A DNA stretch of 64,000 nt from Candidatus Saccharimonadota bacterium (GCA_046350755.1 JAXLZV010000001.1:480823-544822); one strand, 5' to 3'. Shown: positions 9,922 through 20,463, numbered from the stretch's first letter. Notes: generated by a model not told the origin, from the letters alone. Translations and numbers: made by a program.

Positions 9922-10724
9922 ACTGAGATATCGCGCCGATTCCACCACCAGGCGCCGAGCAATGCGCTGATCACAATCACCGCTACAAACAAGCCAATGC
10001 CATTACTCATCACGTTGCCTTTGGCTAATATTCCCGGACCATCATAGTAATAGAAGAATGATGTCAGCCGCAGCCAATCTAGCTTCTCTTGCAGACCGGC
10101 AATCACGCGCACAACATACATCAAGAGCATCAGACCGGCGATCAGGCCGTAGACTTTTGCTCGGTCAGAAAACATCGCCGAGACAGCGTACGCCACACTA
10201 TATATCGCTATCACAAACAGCCAAGACATGGCGCACAACATTAGCCAATGACTTACCACAACATCGGCATTAAAGATCGCCGCGATCGGAATCACGCCCA
10301 AAATAGTCACCACAGTAAATATCGTCAAGCTAATTACCCCGCCGAGATATTTTGAAACATAGGCTTGGGTGCGAGATACCGGCTGTGTCAATTCGAGGCC
10401 GATTGAGCCACTCTCAACCCCGCCCGCCAATGAACGTCCCGCCTGTGAGATCGCGAAGATAATCGCCAAAATCGGCCAGATCAGCGACAAGTATTCGGCG
10501 CTAAAATAGCTCTCAAAGTTATGCATATTGAGCTGCTGAATCCCCATCGCCTCCAACATTCCTTTGGGAAACGACTTGAGTATTTCGTCATAGGAAACCA
10601 TTTGCGATTTAAGCGACGGAAACAGCGATGCATACATCAGCGCAAAAGCTAGCGCCGCAATACAGTAGACCACCAGCGTCACTCGCCGGTCGCGTAGGTA
10701 GCGACGGATAACCACGAGATTCAT
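9918..10724 (-). CDS. ABC-2 family transporter permease
   Basis: 268 aa with 6 TM. ATGA overlap with the upstream ATPase gene. Confidence 0.7.
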   Translation of the reverse strand: MNLVVIRRYLRDRRVTLVVYCIAALAFALMYASLFPSLKSQMVSYDEILKSFPKGMLEAMGIQQLNMHNFESYFSAEYLSLIWPILAIIFAISQAGRSLAGGVESGSIGLELTQPVSRTQAYVSKYLGGVISLTIFTVVTILGVIPIAAIFNADVVVSHWLMLCAMSWLFVIAIYSVAYAVSAMFSDRAKVYGLIAGLMLLMYVVRVIAGLQEKLDWLRLTSFFYYYDGPGILAKGNVMSNGIGLFVAVIVISALLGAWWWNRRDISV

Positions 10725-11593
10725 TGATAGAGCTCCAAAAATATTTCCTCAAGACTGGCATGAGTTACCTCTAGATCAAGCACCGGATGCTTGGCTAAGA
10801 TCTTCAATGCTGGATCGAGTCCACCCTGCACGGTTAACTCAATCGAGTGCTTATCATGCTGTTGGATGGTGAAATTTTTATTCGCAAAGACCGAGCGCGC
10901 CACCGGCCGAGCAAACCGAGCTCGAATAATGTGACGCGACTTCTCACGTAACGAATCAAGGCTCTCTTCGGCGATGAGCTTGCCTTGGCGGATAATGCCT
11001 ACTCGATCACAGATGCGTTGGACTTCGGGTAGATTATGCGATGAGACAAACACCGTACCGCCTTGATTACGAAATTCGCGAAGCAATTGATAAACAGTGT
11101 TCTGAAACAGCGGATCAAGACCTTGCGTCGGTTCGTCCATGACAATCAACTTGGGCTGGCCAATTAGGCCGAGTATAATATTGAGCTTCTGCCGATTGCC
11201 GGTTGATAAGGCTTTAACTTTCTTATCAAGATCAAGCGAAAACTGCTCGATTAAATCATCCGGCAAACTATCGATGCGCCTGAGCTTCGAGACATACACA
11301 ATGTGCTCACGACCCGTCCAATGATCAACCAAGTGATGATCGCTCGGAATGTAGCCAACTAGCTGCTTGACTGCGTCACTTTCAGTTTGCGCATCCTTGC
11401 CAAGGACACGAATCGTACCAGCATCGACTTTCAAAAAATTCATCAAACAGCGCAGCGTCGTTGTCTTACCGGCGCCGTTCGGTCCAAGAAACCCAAATAT
11501 CTCACCTTGCTGCACAGTAAGGCTGACGTCCTCGACTGCCACATGGGAGCCAAACGTCTTCTTGAGACCCTTAATTGCCAGCGCCGTAGTCAT
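10721..11593 (-). CDS. ABC transporter ATP-binding protein
   Basis: Walker A GPNGAGKTT, signature LSTGNRQKL and Walker B IVMDEPTQGLD. Confidence 0.9.
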   Translation of the reverse strand: MTTALAIKGLKKTFGSHVAVEDVSLTVQQGEIFGFLGPNGAGKTTTLRCLMNFLKVDAGTIRVLGKDAQTESDAVKQLVGYIPSDHHLVDHWTGREHIVYVSKLRRIDSLPDDLIEQFSLDLDKKVKALSTGNRQKLNIILGLIGQPKLIVMDEPTQGLDPLFQNTVYQLLREFRNQGGTVFVSSHNLPEVQRICDRVGIIRQGKLIAEESLDSLREKSRHIIRARFARPVARSVFANKNFTIQQHDKHSIELTVQGGLDPALKILAKHPVLDLEVTHASLEEIFLELYQ

Positions 11594-11596
11594 TGG

Positions 11597-11839
11597 CTAA
11601 GTCTCTCGTTCAACCGCGATAACACAATCGCTTGCCAGTGCCACAATCGTACCAATAGCGGCCAATACCGGGGCTAGCAGGGCGCCGACCACGCCTACCG
11701 TCAATGGAAACTCGGCAATTACCTTGCCTGACTTTTCCTTCACGGTAATCTTGCGGACATTCCCAGCCCGCACCACTTCCTTCAGTTTCGACATAATGTC
11801 ATCGCCAGAGATTTTGAACTCTTCTGTACGCTTTGCCAT
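11597..11839 (-). CDS. small DUF4342-like protein preceding the ABC pair
   Basis: 80 aa reading MAKRTEEFKISGDDIMSKLKEVVRAGNVRKITVK... with a hydrophobic C-terminus. Lies 3 nt upstream of the ATPase gene. Confidence 0.45.
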   Translation of the reverse strand: MAKRTEEFKISGDDIMSKLKEVVRAGNVRKITVKEKSGKVIAEFPLTVGVVGALLAPVLAAIGTIVALASDCVIAVERET

Positions 11840-11903
11840 AATCGATTCCTTTCACTACTATTATATACCCTCAGTCCAGGTGTCACATGCTACAATATGC
11901 ACT

Positions 11904-13181
11904 ATGGCGAGCATAAGAGTGATAAAAAATTATCGCAAGTTAGCGACAACAGATTTGCGGCGTGACGCGCTCAATATTGTCGAAGCCGGCTACGAAACCA
12001 TCGACCTCAAGCGTATCTTCGGTCGAGTTCTGCACTTGCGGGATGGAAAATTGACGATTCAGGGCAAAACCTACCACCTCCCCGACTATGACAAGATCTA
12101 TGTCGTTGGTATCGGGAAAGGCAGTGCGCTAGCCGTCGAGGGCTTGCAGAAAGTATTAAAGAATCGCATTGCCCACGGTTTCGCCATCGATATCCGACGG
12201 CGCCTCATCCCGCGCATTAAAGTTTTTACTGGCACACATCCTTTACCCAGTGATAAGAATATCGAAGCGACGAATAAGATCATTGAACTGCTCAAAAACG
12301 CCACCGAACGCGATCTCGTTTTGACTGTCATCTGCGGCGGCGGTAGTTCGCTCTTCTGTCAGCCGGCCGGACTTACCTGCATTCAGCTACAGCAAGTGAC
12401 TGATTACCTGCTCAAGGGCGGCGCGAAAATCCAAGAAATCAACACTGTCCGTAAGCATCTGTCCCTCATACATGGTGGCTTTTTCGCGCAATATGCTTAC
12501 CCGGCAACCGTTGCCGCCATGATTATTTCTGATGTACCGGGTGATGATTTGAACTTTGTAGCCTCCGGTCCAACCGTCCTCGACAAGACCACCAAAGCAG
12601 ACGCCGAAAGGATCGCCCGCAAATATAAGCTCGCCGGCCTTTCGTTCACCGAAACCCCAAAGGACCCCAAGCTCTTCAAGAAAATCACCAACATCATGAT
12701 TGCTAACGGCTCTTCGGTCGTCGACGCTATGGCCGAAAAAGCCCAAGCCCTCGGTTACAAGCCGCGCATATACAGTCGCAATCTATCAGGGCTCGCCAAA
12801 GAAGTTGGTATCAGCATGGCGGCAGCCGTAAAGCCGGGTGAGGCTTTGCTAGCCTGTGGCGAAACCCAAGTTGTCGTTACCCACCCCGGTAAAGGCGGGC
12901 GCAATCAAGACGTAGTGCTCTCGGCAGCTTCATCATTGCCAAATAACGCAGCGATTATCTCCGCCGCCAGCGATGGCAAGGATAATCTGCCAGTCGCCGG
13001 CGCCATCATCGATAACCCTAGTGGTGTACATGCTCTCATGAAAAAACACATCAATTCGCTTGATGCAGTCGACAAAAATGCCGGCTATGCTGCTCTCCAC
13101 AAAATCAATGCTCACCTCCACATCCGTAAAACTACTGCCAATATCTCCGATTTTATCTGCGTTATCAGGAGATCGTCATGA
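11904..13181 (+). CDS. glycerate 2-kinase (MOFRL family)
   Basis: Start refined to MASIRV at 11904. VVGIGKGSALAVEGL and the GKGGRNQD MOFRL signature are present. An extended -10 (TGcTACAAT at 11888-11896) lies only about 8 nt upstream, so the transcript may be leaderless. Confidence 0.7.
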   Translation: MASIRVIKNYRKLATTDLRRDALNIVEAGYETIDLKRIFGRVLHLRDGKLTIQGKTYHLPDYDKIYVVGIGKGSALAVEGLQKVLKNRIAHGFAIDIRRRLIPRIKVFTGTHPLPSDKNIEATNKIIELLKNATERDLVLTVICGGGSSLFCQPAGLTCIQLQQVTDYLLKGGAKIQEINTVRKHLSLIHGGFFAQYAYPATVAAMIISDVPGDDLNFVASGPTVLDKTTKADAERIARKYKLAGLSFTETPKDPKLFKKITNIMIANGSSVVDAMAEKAQALGYKPRIYSRNLSGLAKEVGISMAAAVKPGEALLACGETQVVVTHPGKGGRNQDVVLSAASSLPNNAAIISAASDGKDNLPVAGAIIDNPSGVHALMKKHINSLDAVDKNAGYAALHKINAHLHIRKTTANISDFICVIRRSS

Positions 13182-14398
13182 AAATCGCCAAAGTCCGATC
13201 CCTACAAATCCTTGATTCACGCGGTACGCCTACAATTGACGTTCAGCTCACGAGTAGTAGCGGCAAGACCGCCAGCTTTAGCGTACCGGCTGGAGCTAGT
13301 AAGGGAGAAAATGAAGCTATTGAGCTGCGTGATGGCACGACTTTCTATAAAGGACAAGGTGTTACAAAAGCCATCCAGCTCATCGACAACGAGCTCGCTC
13401 CACTACTCACCAAATCAGACATTTCCGATCAGCTGAGTTTCGATGCCATCCTTCATAACTTTGATAGCTCAACCAATAAAGCAAAGATTGGCGGCAACAC
13501 CGCCCTAGCTCTGAGTGCCGCCTTTCTCAAGCTCTCAGCCGCTGAAGCTGGTTTTCCTATCTGGCAGTTTGTGCGCGATACGCTCGGCACCCATGAAGGT
13601 TTTCCGCGTATCTTTGCCAACCTAGTAAATGGTGGCAAGCATGCTCCCGGACTCGATATCCAAGAATTTATGGTTGTCCCGACAGAGACTGCGCCAGCTA
13701 GTGCGATAGCCCAGATATATGATTTTCACGCCGGGCTCCAATCCATGCTCGAAAAGAAGTATGGCCCAACCGTTAAGCTCACCGGCGACGAAGGTGGTAT
13801 GGCTCCACCTGGAGCTAAGAGCGAGGAGATTTTACAAGCTATGAGCGCACTGCGCCATGATTTCCGCGCGCCGGTCGATATCGCACTTGATGTCGCCGCC
13901 AGCAGCTTTTGCAGCAACGACACCTACCACTACGAGGGTCAATCTCTCTCTACCGCAGCGTGGCTAGAGACATTAAATAAGCTAGCCGACAGCTATGAGA
14001 TATTTTCGATCGAAGACCCGGCCGCCGAGACCGACCGAACAGGTTTTACCGCAGCCATGAATGCCCGAACTCACTATAAAGTCATCGGTGACGATATCAG
14101 TGTCACGAGCCAAGCCCGCATCAAGGAGCTGGCCGACGCCAAGCTGATCTCCGGCGTCATTATCAAACCCAACCAAATCGGTACGATCTCAGAAACCTTT
14201 GGAGCTATCACAACTGCCAGAGAAGCTGGTCTCTTCACTATCATTTCCCACCGCAGCGGTGAGACGAACGACAGCTTGATCGTCGACATTGCGTACGGAG
14301 TTGGCGCCCAGGGCTTGAAGATCGGCGCGCCTCGACGTGGCGAACGGGTTGCCAAGTACAATCGTTTGCTCGAGATCGAACAAGGAGTTAATTTGTAG
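13178..14398 (+). CDS. eno: enolase (phosphopyruvate hydratase)
   Basis: SHRSGETNDSLIVDIAYG and KIGAPRRGERVAKYNRLLEIE match the enolase signature. The ATGA start overlaps the glycerate kinase stop. Confidence 0.85.
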   Translation: MKIAKVRSLQILDSRGTPTIDVQLTSSSGKTASFSVPAGASKGENEAIELRDGTTFYKGQGVTKAIQLIDNELAPLLTKSDISDQLSFDAILHNFDSSTNKAKIGGNTALALSAAFLKLSAAEAGFPIWQFVRDTLGTHEGFPRIFANLVNGGKHAPGLDIQEFMVVPTETAPASAIAQIYDFHAGLQSMLEKKYGPTVKLTGDEGGMAPPGAKSEEILQAMSALRHDFRAPVDIALDVAASSFCSNDTYHYEGQSLSTAAWLETLNKLADSYEIFSIEDPAAETDRTGFTAAMNARTHYKVIGDDISVTSQARIKELADAKLISGVIIKPNQIGTISETFGAITTAREAGLFTIISHRSGETNDSLIVDIAYGVGAQGLKIGAPRRGERVAKYNRLLEIEQGVNL

Positions 14399-14400
14399 TT

Positions 14401-15405
14401 ATGAAAGTCGCCTTTTTTGACGTCGCACCAACCGAATCAGCCCTGATTCGTAAACATTTTCCGCAGGCTACCATCATCGAGGAGCCACTAACTGAAGCCA
14501 CCGCTCACTCAGCCAAAGAGGCTGAGGTTGTATCGATCTTCGTAAGCTCATCGGCTTCGGCCGCCGTCATCAAGCAGCTTCCGCAGCTCCAACACCTAGC
14601 CCTACGCTCAACCGGCTATAATCACGTTGACCTAGCCGCCTGTCGTGAGCGGCACATCAGTATTAGTACTGTACCAACCTATGGCGAAAATACCGTTGCT
14701 GAGTATGCCTTCACCCTCATGCTTGCACTCATCCGCAAACTCCCAGCCACTCTCGAACAAGTCCGAAATGGCGAAATTGACCACACCACTACCATGGGCT
14801 TTGATCTGATGGGCAAAACACTTGGCGTTGTCGGCACCGGACGCATCGGTGGACACGCCGTTTCGATCGGTCGAGGTTTTGGCATGAAGGTTATTGGCTT
14901 CGACCCCTTTCCGCGCATGGAGCTTGAGGGGCAGCTTGGCTTTACCTACGTTGACTTCAATGAACTCCTGAAGACTGCCGATATCATCACTATTCACGCC
15001 CCCCTCACGAGTGGCACTAAACACCTTTTTGATGCTGCCGCCTTACGCAAGCTCAAGTCTAGCGCCATACTGATCAATACGTCACGAGGTGAGATCATCG
15101 ACACCACTGCCCTACTCACGGCTCTCGAAAAACATCAGCTCGCCGGCGTTGGCCTCGACGTGATTGAGGGCGAAGCGATGCTCGAGGTGAGTGAGGAGCT
15201 CCACCTCATTGGCCGACACCCCGGTAAGCGCAACCTCGAGTTGGCCGCCGACATCTCAGCCCTCGAAAAACTACCCAATGCCATCATCACGCCCCACAAC
15301 GCCTTCAACACCGCTGAAGCAGTGCAGCGCATCTGGGACACAACCTACAATAATATTGATGGCTACCTCAGCGGCAAGCCACTCAATCTGCTGACTGCTC
15401 GCTAA
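14401..15405 (+). CDS. D-isomer-specific 2-hydroxyacid dehydrogenase (D-lactate dehydrogenase-like)
   Basis: NAD-binding GVVGTGRIGG with the catalytic R/E/H arrangement. 334 aa. Confidence 0.8.
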   Translation: MKVAFFDVAPTESALIRKHFPQATIIEEPLTEATAHSAKEAEVVSIFVSSSASAAVIKQLPQLQHLALRSTGYNHVDLAACRERHISISTVPTYGENTVAEYAFTLMLALIRKLPATLEQVRNGEIDHTTTMGFDLMGKTLGVVGTGRIGGHAVSIGRGFGMKVIGFDPFPRMELEGQLGFTYVDFNELLKTADIITIHAPLTSGTKHLFDAAALRKLKSSAILINTSRGEIIDTTALLTALEKHQLAGVGLDVIEGEAMLEVSEELHLIGRHPGKRNLELAADISALEKLPNAIITPHNAFNTAEAVQRIWDTTYNNIDGYLSGKPLNLLTAR

Positions 15406-17015
15406 TCGTTGGTCGGTTTAAGCGGAGCCTTAGGTAATTGGGCAGTTGCCATCAAGCCGAAAGCGCCAAGAATCGCAATCACGATAAACGAGTAGCTTAG
15501 AGCTTTATTTCGCGCGGTAGCATTAATCTCCACTATCTGCTGAGCAGCAGCTGGCGGAGCATCAGCCAAAGCTGCCTCGAGCTGCTGATCGCTGACGATG
15601 GCTGCCTTTTGATTAACCGCAGTAGTAACTTGCTGTTTTTGGCTGTCTGTTAGGACGGTGTTTTCTTGAATTAATTGCGTGCTCGAACCAATCAGAATTG
15701 CAGTCAACGCTACACCAGCGATGGCAGTACCCAGCGACATGCCGAGATTCTGAAAAGTCGACATCAGACCCGAAGTTTCACTCGACTGTTCTTTTGTCAC
15801 CGATGACTGCACAAGATTCTGTAACTGCGAGCTCACCAGGCCGATGCCGGTACCAGTAATTGCCAGTGAGACTAAAAAGGTCGGATCACTAGCACTGTCT
15901 AGCGACCGGAAAGCAATTATTAATACACCTACGAGAATTAACAGATAGCCCATCCGAATAATCCCCCGTGGCGAAAACCGCGGCACGAGCCTTGCTCCCT
16001 GCGATGCTGCAACTAGTAGCATCAGCGACAGCGGCAAGAGCACTACGCCGGTTTGAAAGGCTGATTTTCCGAGCTCAATCTGCAAATACAGCGCCATGAC
16101 GTACATCATGCCACCGAGTACAAACTGCTGCGACAAGATCGTCAATGTACCGCCACCAACAGCTGGGCGCTGGAAAAGCTTCAGATTTACTAACATGTCC
16201 TTACCCTGACGCGATCGATTACCTTCCCAGGCTGCGAACCCAAGCAGGAGAGCGATGCCAAGCCCAATAAACACAATCGATGGCGATATTTGTCCGGCAT
16301 TGAGGGTTAAGATACCACCAATTGAGGTGTAGGACTGACGGGCCACCAGCAGTCCATAAGTACTAGCCAACAATATCCCCTGCACCATTGTGCCTAGTCC
16401 AGCAACCGACAGGATCACTCCACCGACATCTAGCTTGGCGGTAGGGCCTTCTAACTTCACATCCTTAATGAGACCGCGTCGGAGCAGAATCCAAATCACT
16501 ATCACAACCTCGGCCGCAAAAGCATAGCGCCAAGATGCATAGCTCGTCAAAAATCCGCCGATAATCGGCCCAAGTCCGGCCGCTACACCCGCCATCGCGG
16601 CGACAGTACCATAGGCCTTGATCCGATCTTTCGGCACGGTGTAATTACCGGCGATCAACGATAGCATCGCCGGGATTGCCAGGGCTGCCCCAAGCCCTTC
16701 AAGAAGAGACCAACCGAACTTTAAGACCTGAACATTTGGCGCAATTGAAGTAATAAAACTGCCGATGCCGTAAATAATCATGCCGATGATAAAGGCTTTC
16801 TTGCGGCCAATGATGTCGCCAATCTTCGCACCGGCCACCATGAAGGCTGCCATGACGAGTGAGTAAAAGGCGATGGCGGACTGAATCTGAGTTACGGTGG
16901 TGTTGAGATCTTTCACAAGCGTCGAAATAGACACGTTCATAACTGTCGAATCGAGCGTAAAGATAAACTGAGCGGCTGCCAGAATAATGAGGAGTTGTTT
17001 GGCTTTCTTACTCAT
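15402..17015 (-). CDS. MFS transporter, DHA2/EmrB-like 14-TM type
   Basis: 537 aa with an MFS signature region and 14 predicted TM helices. Confidence 0.8.
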   Translation of the reverse strand: MSKKAKQLLIILAAAQFIFTLDSTVMNVSISTLVKDLNTTVTQIQSAIAFYSLVMAAFMVAGAKIGDIIGRKKAFIIGMIIYGIGSFITSIAPNVQVLKFGWSLLEGLGAALAIPAMLSLIAGNYTVPKDRIKAYGTVAAMAGVAAGLGPIIGGFLTSYASWRYAFAAEVVIVIWILLRRGLIKDVKLEGPTAKLDVGGVILSVAGLGTMVQGILLASTYGLLVARQSYTSIGGILTLNAGQISPSIVFIGLGIALLLGFAAWEGNRSRQGKDMLVNLKLFQRPAVGGGTLTILSQQFVLGGMMYVMALYLQIELGKSAFQTGVVLLPLSLMLLVAASQGARLVPRFSPRGIIRMGYLLILVGVLIIAFRSLDSASDPTFLVSLAITGTGIGLVSSQLQNLVQSSVTKEQSSETSGLMSTFQNLGMSLGTAIAGVALTAILIGSSTQLIQENTVLTDSQKQQVTTAVNQKAAIVSDQQLEAALADAPPAAAQQIVEINATARNKALSYSFIVIAILGAFGLMATAQLPKAPLKPTND

Positions 17016-17017
17016 CG

Positions 17018-17755
17018 TTAGCGGCTATTATTAATTACTGCTAGCAAGCGCAGGATTGATATATATAGCCAGACTAAGGTCACCATGAGGCCAAAAGCCC
17101 CATACCACTCAAAGTCTTCCGGCAGCTCGGCGGCCACTGCCTTATCGATAAAATCCAGATCCAGTACGAGATTGAGCGCCGCCACCACGACAATGATTCC
17201 AGCAATACCGATCGCCCACGGGCCAGCGATAGTAATAGCCGGTAGCACGATGCCAAACAGGCTCAACACCAGAATCACCAGATAAAAGAGGGCGATACCA
17301 ATCGTCGCGCCAATTACCCCAGCCCGAAACCTGGCCGTCGGCTTTATTAAGCCTGAAGAATAGGCCCCAAACATGGCTAGTGAAATTGTAAATGTCAGCA
17401 AGACAGCGCGTACCACAATGCCGCTGTAAACCTCTCCGAGAAAATAAGAAATCCCACCGAGCATCAACCCCTCACATATGGCGTAGAGGATGATCAGCAT
17501 CGGATTCGGGCGGCGAGCTAAGATAATGGCAAAGGACAAGATAAGCGCAGTGATACTTCCGCCCCACATGAGAGTAATGGCAAAAGGGTTACTGGCGGCC
17601 GCGAGCTGCCAATTGGCGAAGGCCGCGCCTACTACAAACAAGAGGAGAAGGAGCGTTTTTCCCATGGTTCCCGGCTTAGTCATGGCGCGCTTGGAGGTCA
17701 GCTCAGTCATACGCTCAACCGCTTTTTTACTAAAGGCCGGGTTCGAAGTTTCCAC
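17018..17755 (-). CDS. Bax inhibitor-1/YccA family membrane protein
   Basis: Seven TM helices and the C-terminal pattern DLDFIDKA...YISILRLLA typical of BI-1/YccA. Confidence 0.6.
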   Translation of the reverse strand: METSNPAFSKKAVERMTELTSKRAMTKPGTMGKTLLLLLFVVGAAFANWQLAAASNPFAITLMWGGSITALILSFAIILARRPNPMLIILYAICEGLMLGGISYFLGEVYSGIVVRAVLLTFTISLAMFGAYSSGLIKPTARFRAGVIGATIGIALFYLVILVLSLFGIVLPAITIAGPWAIGIAGIIVVVAALNLVLDLDFIDKAVAAELPEDFEWYGAFGLMVTLVWLYISILRLLAVINNSR

Positions 17756-17828
17756 TATCTCTTACTCCATTTCTTGATTATGAGTATACAGCAATCGCCA
17801 CCACACCAACAAAAACCTCATGCTTGTA

Positions 17829-17857
17829 TTGACTTTTTATACTTTTAGTAGTATAAC
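17829..17857 (+). promoter_or_regulatory. sigma-70-like promoter: TTGACT, 17-nt spacer, TATAAC
   Basis: TTGACT at 17829-17834 and TATAAC at 17852-17857. An AAGGAG RBS sits at about 17869 and the ATG at 17882. Confidence 0.55.
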
Positions 17858-17881
17858 AAACCTAATACAAGGAGTCACATT

Positions 17882-19096
17882 ATGGCAGCAAAAACACCGG
17901 CCCACAAAGCCACCCCGCAACACGTAGAGAATTCTAAATGGCGAACCTTCGTCGTCAGCTTTTTGATCGCCCTCGGCACAATCGCACTCTTAAACTGGTT
18001 AATTGTACGCTGGACCGAGAAATACCTCCTGACCACTGACAATTTCGTTGCCACTGTCGCCCCTCTATCGCGGAATGAGACGGTCGCGAGCGCTGTCAGC
18101 AACTACGCTGTCGGTAAGCTTTACGAGGATATCAATCTCGAAGCCAAAGTACGTGAAGCTCTGCCAGAAAGGGCGACTTTCTTAGCTGCACCTCTCTCAT
18201 CGCAGATCACCACCACTTCTCAGAACGCCGGTACCAAAATCATCATGAGCGACCAATTCAGCGGCATCTGGGAAACTAGCTTGCGCACCGCGCATGCCAA
18301 ATTACTAACTGAGCTCCGTAAGCCGGCTAATGCTGCTGAAACCGCCAGCCCACCACCGGAGCGGACTGTCTTTGGAGTGAATATCACACCACTCTTGCAG
18401 CAAATTCGTGAACGCGTCAGCGCTGCTGCCACGACCAATGTAGCTAGCGAGAACAAAGATAAAGCCACCGAAATCGCCATCTCTCTGAAGAACCAATTCA
18501 ATCAGGCCCGTCTAGCGATTCGCTTGACCGATGCTCTCTACAGCATCCTGCTGGTCACTGTTATCGCCTGTTACCTGGGTGCTGTCGCCGTCGCCAATAG
18601 CCGATGGAAGACCACATTGGCAATCGGCCTGAGCGTCACGGTAGTTACCGCTCTCGAGCTCATCTTCCTCAAAGCCGCCCGGCCAGAAATTATCGGCCAA
18701 GTCGCCACCGCCAATCAAGCAGCAGCCGGCGTGATTTGGGATGCTTTAACGAAAGGCTTTGTTTCCGTCACAACCAATACTTTGATCCTAGGACTGATAT
18801 TGACTGCAATCACGATTTTCGCCGGACCGTTTGCATGGGCACGGCGAGTTCGAGGCTGGATCGGCCTGGAAGCCCTCAGTAAAACTAAGTTCTTTGACTG
18901 GATTCGCAGCGGTCGCCGATGGCTCCGAAGCCACATTAGCTATGCTCGCATCGGCGGTGTGGTGGTGAGCTTCGTGTATCTCATCGCTTCATCAAACATT
19001 ACCTGGCAGACTATCGTGCAGACTATCTTTGCCTACTTTATCTTTGTCTCTATCGTCGAACTATTAGCCATGCGATCGAAGGTTTCTCATGGCTAA
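17882..19096 (+). CDS. integral membrane protein, unknown function
   Basis: 404 aa with several TM segments and a charged N-terminus. Confidence 0.5.
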   Translation: MAAKTPAHKATPQHVENSKWRTFVVSFLIALGTIALLNWLIVRWTEKYLLTTDNFVATVAPLSRNETVASAVSNYAVGKLYEDINLEAKVREALPERATFLAAPLSSQITTTSQNAGTKIIMSDQFSGIWETSLRTAHAKLLTELRKPANAAETASPPPERTVFGVNITPLLQQIRERVSAAATTNVASENKDKATEIAISLKNQFNQARLAIRLTDALYSILLVTVIACYLGAVAVANSRWKTTLAIGLSVTVVTALELIFLKAARPEIIGQVATANQAAAGVIWDALTKGFVSVTTNTLILGLILTAITIFAGPFAWARRVRGWIGLEALSKTKFFDWIRSGRRWLRSHISYARIGGVVVSFVYLIASSNITWQTIVQTIFAYFIFVSIVELLAMRSKVSHG

Positions 19097-19256
19097 GTCC
19101 GAAACCAAGGCTTGCACCCGGGGCCAAGCCTATGCTATTGCCGGCACGCTCATAGCGCTAGCAGCAGTCATTGGCGCTGGTCTCTATATCATCGGTCGAT
19201 CAACACCAGAACCAACAGCTAAGCCAAAGGCAACCTCAAAAAGGTCAGCTAAGTAG
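19089..19256 (+). CDS. unannotated small single-TM peptide (55 aa)
   Basis: ATG at 19089 overlaps the TAA of the upstream gene (ATGGCTAA). Encodes MAKSETKACTRGQAYAIAGTLIALAAVIGAGLYIIGRSTPEPTAKPKATSKRSAK and stops at 19254-19256. A GAAGG motif lies 9 nt upstream. Confidence 0.3.
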   Translation: MAKSETKACTRGQAYAIAGTLIALAAVIGAGLYIIGRSTPEPTAKPKATSKRSAK

Positions 19257-20463
19257 TCGCAGCTGCGTAAACTTTCAAATAATCAGCCAGCATGACTGGG
19301 GTGATAAACTGCCTCTCAACGATCTCATGAGCAGCCCGTCCGAGACGATCACGGAGACCTGCGGTCTCGAGCGCTCGAGTTAAAATCTTAGCATCGGCTT
19401 CGTGGCTACCATTAAAATAGAGGCCGGTTCGACGGTTCTTAACCTGTAGAACGATTCCACCGACGGGCCGAGCACAGACCAGCGCCCGTTTCCACATCGC
19501 TTCGGTCACCGTTAGTCCAAAACCTTCGCGATTTGAGTTCTGTACGACGACGTCAGCTCGACTCTGCAAAGCATTTACGAGCTCGTCGTTGTCTTTGGCA
19601 TTAACGATGAGAAATGTATTTGGTTTATCGCCGGCTGCCCGAACGACTTCTTCATACACTACCGAGCCTTCGGGGTCATCAGTCGCATAATTACCCAACA
19701 AAACACATTGCAGCTGAGGAATTTTCCGCCGCGCTAGCTCACATATCTCGAGCACCCCCAGCGGATCCTTAAAGCGATCATAGCGTGATATCTGAGTAAC
19801 TATAGGCTGATCAGCCTTAATGCCATGCCGCTGTAAAACCTTTTCCGCTGCGACTCTGGCCATCGGCTGATTTTTTGGTGCAAGCGGATCGATCGAAGGA
19901 TAAACGATTGCTGTCTGAGGCATCCCAGCAGTATAGCTTTGTAATGAAAATATCGAGGTTTGCACCGAGCGAAGGCGGCGGCGTACCCAAGCTAAAGTGC
20001 GTGGCTCAGCATTCGTCAGGTCAATATGACAGCGCCATATAACGGTCTTCCCCGCAAGAAAAGGAATAAAGCCGAGAGTCTGCGGATCATGCAAGATATA
20101 TATATCGCCATCACGCGGTAGCGACTTAGCCGCTTGCTGGGTATATTCGTCATAGTATTCGATATCATCGGGTGGATCGTCTCTACCGCCCTGTAAAGCG
20201 TTATGAAACTGCTTAGTTATCGTAAAAAAGCGCTCGTCCGGCGGAAGTACCAGCCAATGGGCGTCCAGCCCCAAGCCCATCATGAGCGGCACCTGTGATT
20301 GCAGCAGCTCAACTACTCCACCACCAATGGCGGTAGCATTAATCTCGTAGATTTTTTTACCCTTGAGTTGGCCGGCTAACTTCTCTAGCTCAACTATTTT
20401 GCGCTGCGTAAGCCACTGACGATACTCTGCAATGCGGCGCGCGGTGAGTATCTGTTCTTGCAT
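19249..20463 (-). CDS. GT4 family glycosyltransferase
   Basis: C-terminal EGFGLTVTEAMWKRALVCARPVGG (GT4 E-x7-E motif region). 404 aa. Confidence 0.75.
   Translation of the reverse strand: MQEQILTARRIAEYRQWLTQRKIVELEKLAGQLKGKKIYEINATAIGGGVVELLQSQVPLMMGLGLDAHWLVLPPDERFFTITKQFHNALQGGRDDPPDDIEYYDEYTQQAAKSLPRDGDIYILHDPQTLGFIPFLAGKTVIWRCHIDLTNAEPRTLAWVRRRLRSVQTSIFSLQSYTAGMPQTAIVYPSIDPLAPKNQPMARVAAEKVLQRHGIKADQPIVTQISRYDRFKDPLGVLEICELARRKIPQLQCVLLGNYATDDPEGSVVYEEVVRAAGDKPNTFLIVNAKDNDELVNALQSRADVVVQNSNREGFGLTVTEAMWKRALVCARPVGGIVLQVKNRRTGLYFNGSHEADAKILTRALETAGLRDRLGRAAHEIVERQFITPVMLADYLKVYAAATT

Noticed and set aside
12387-12746. 119-aa minus-strand ORF
   Set aside because: It is antisense to the glycerate kinase gene within its conserved core.
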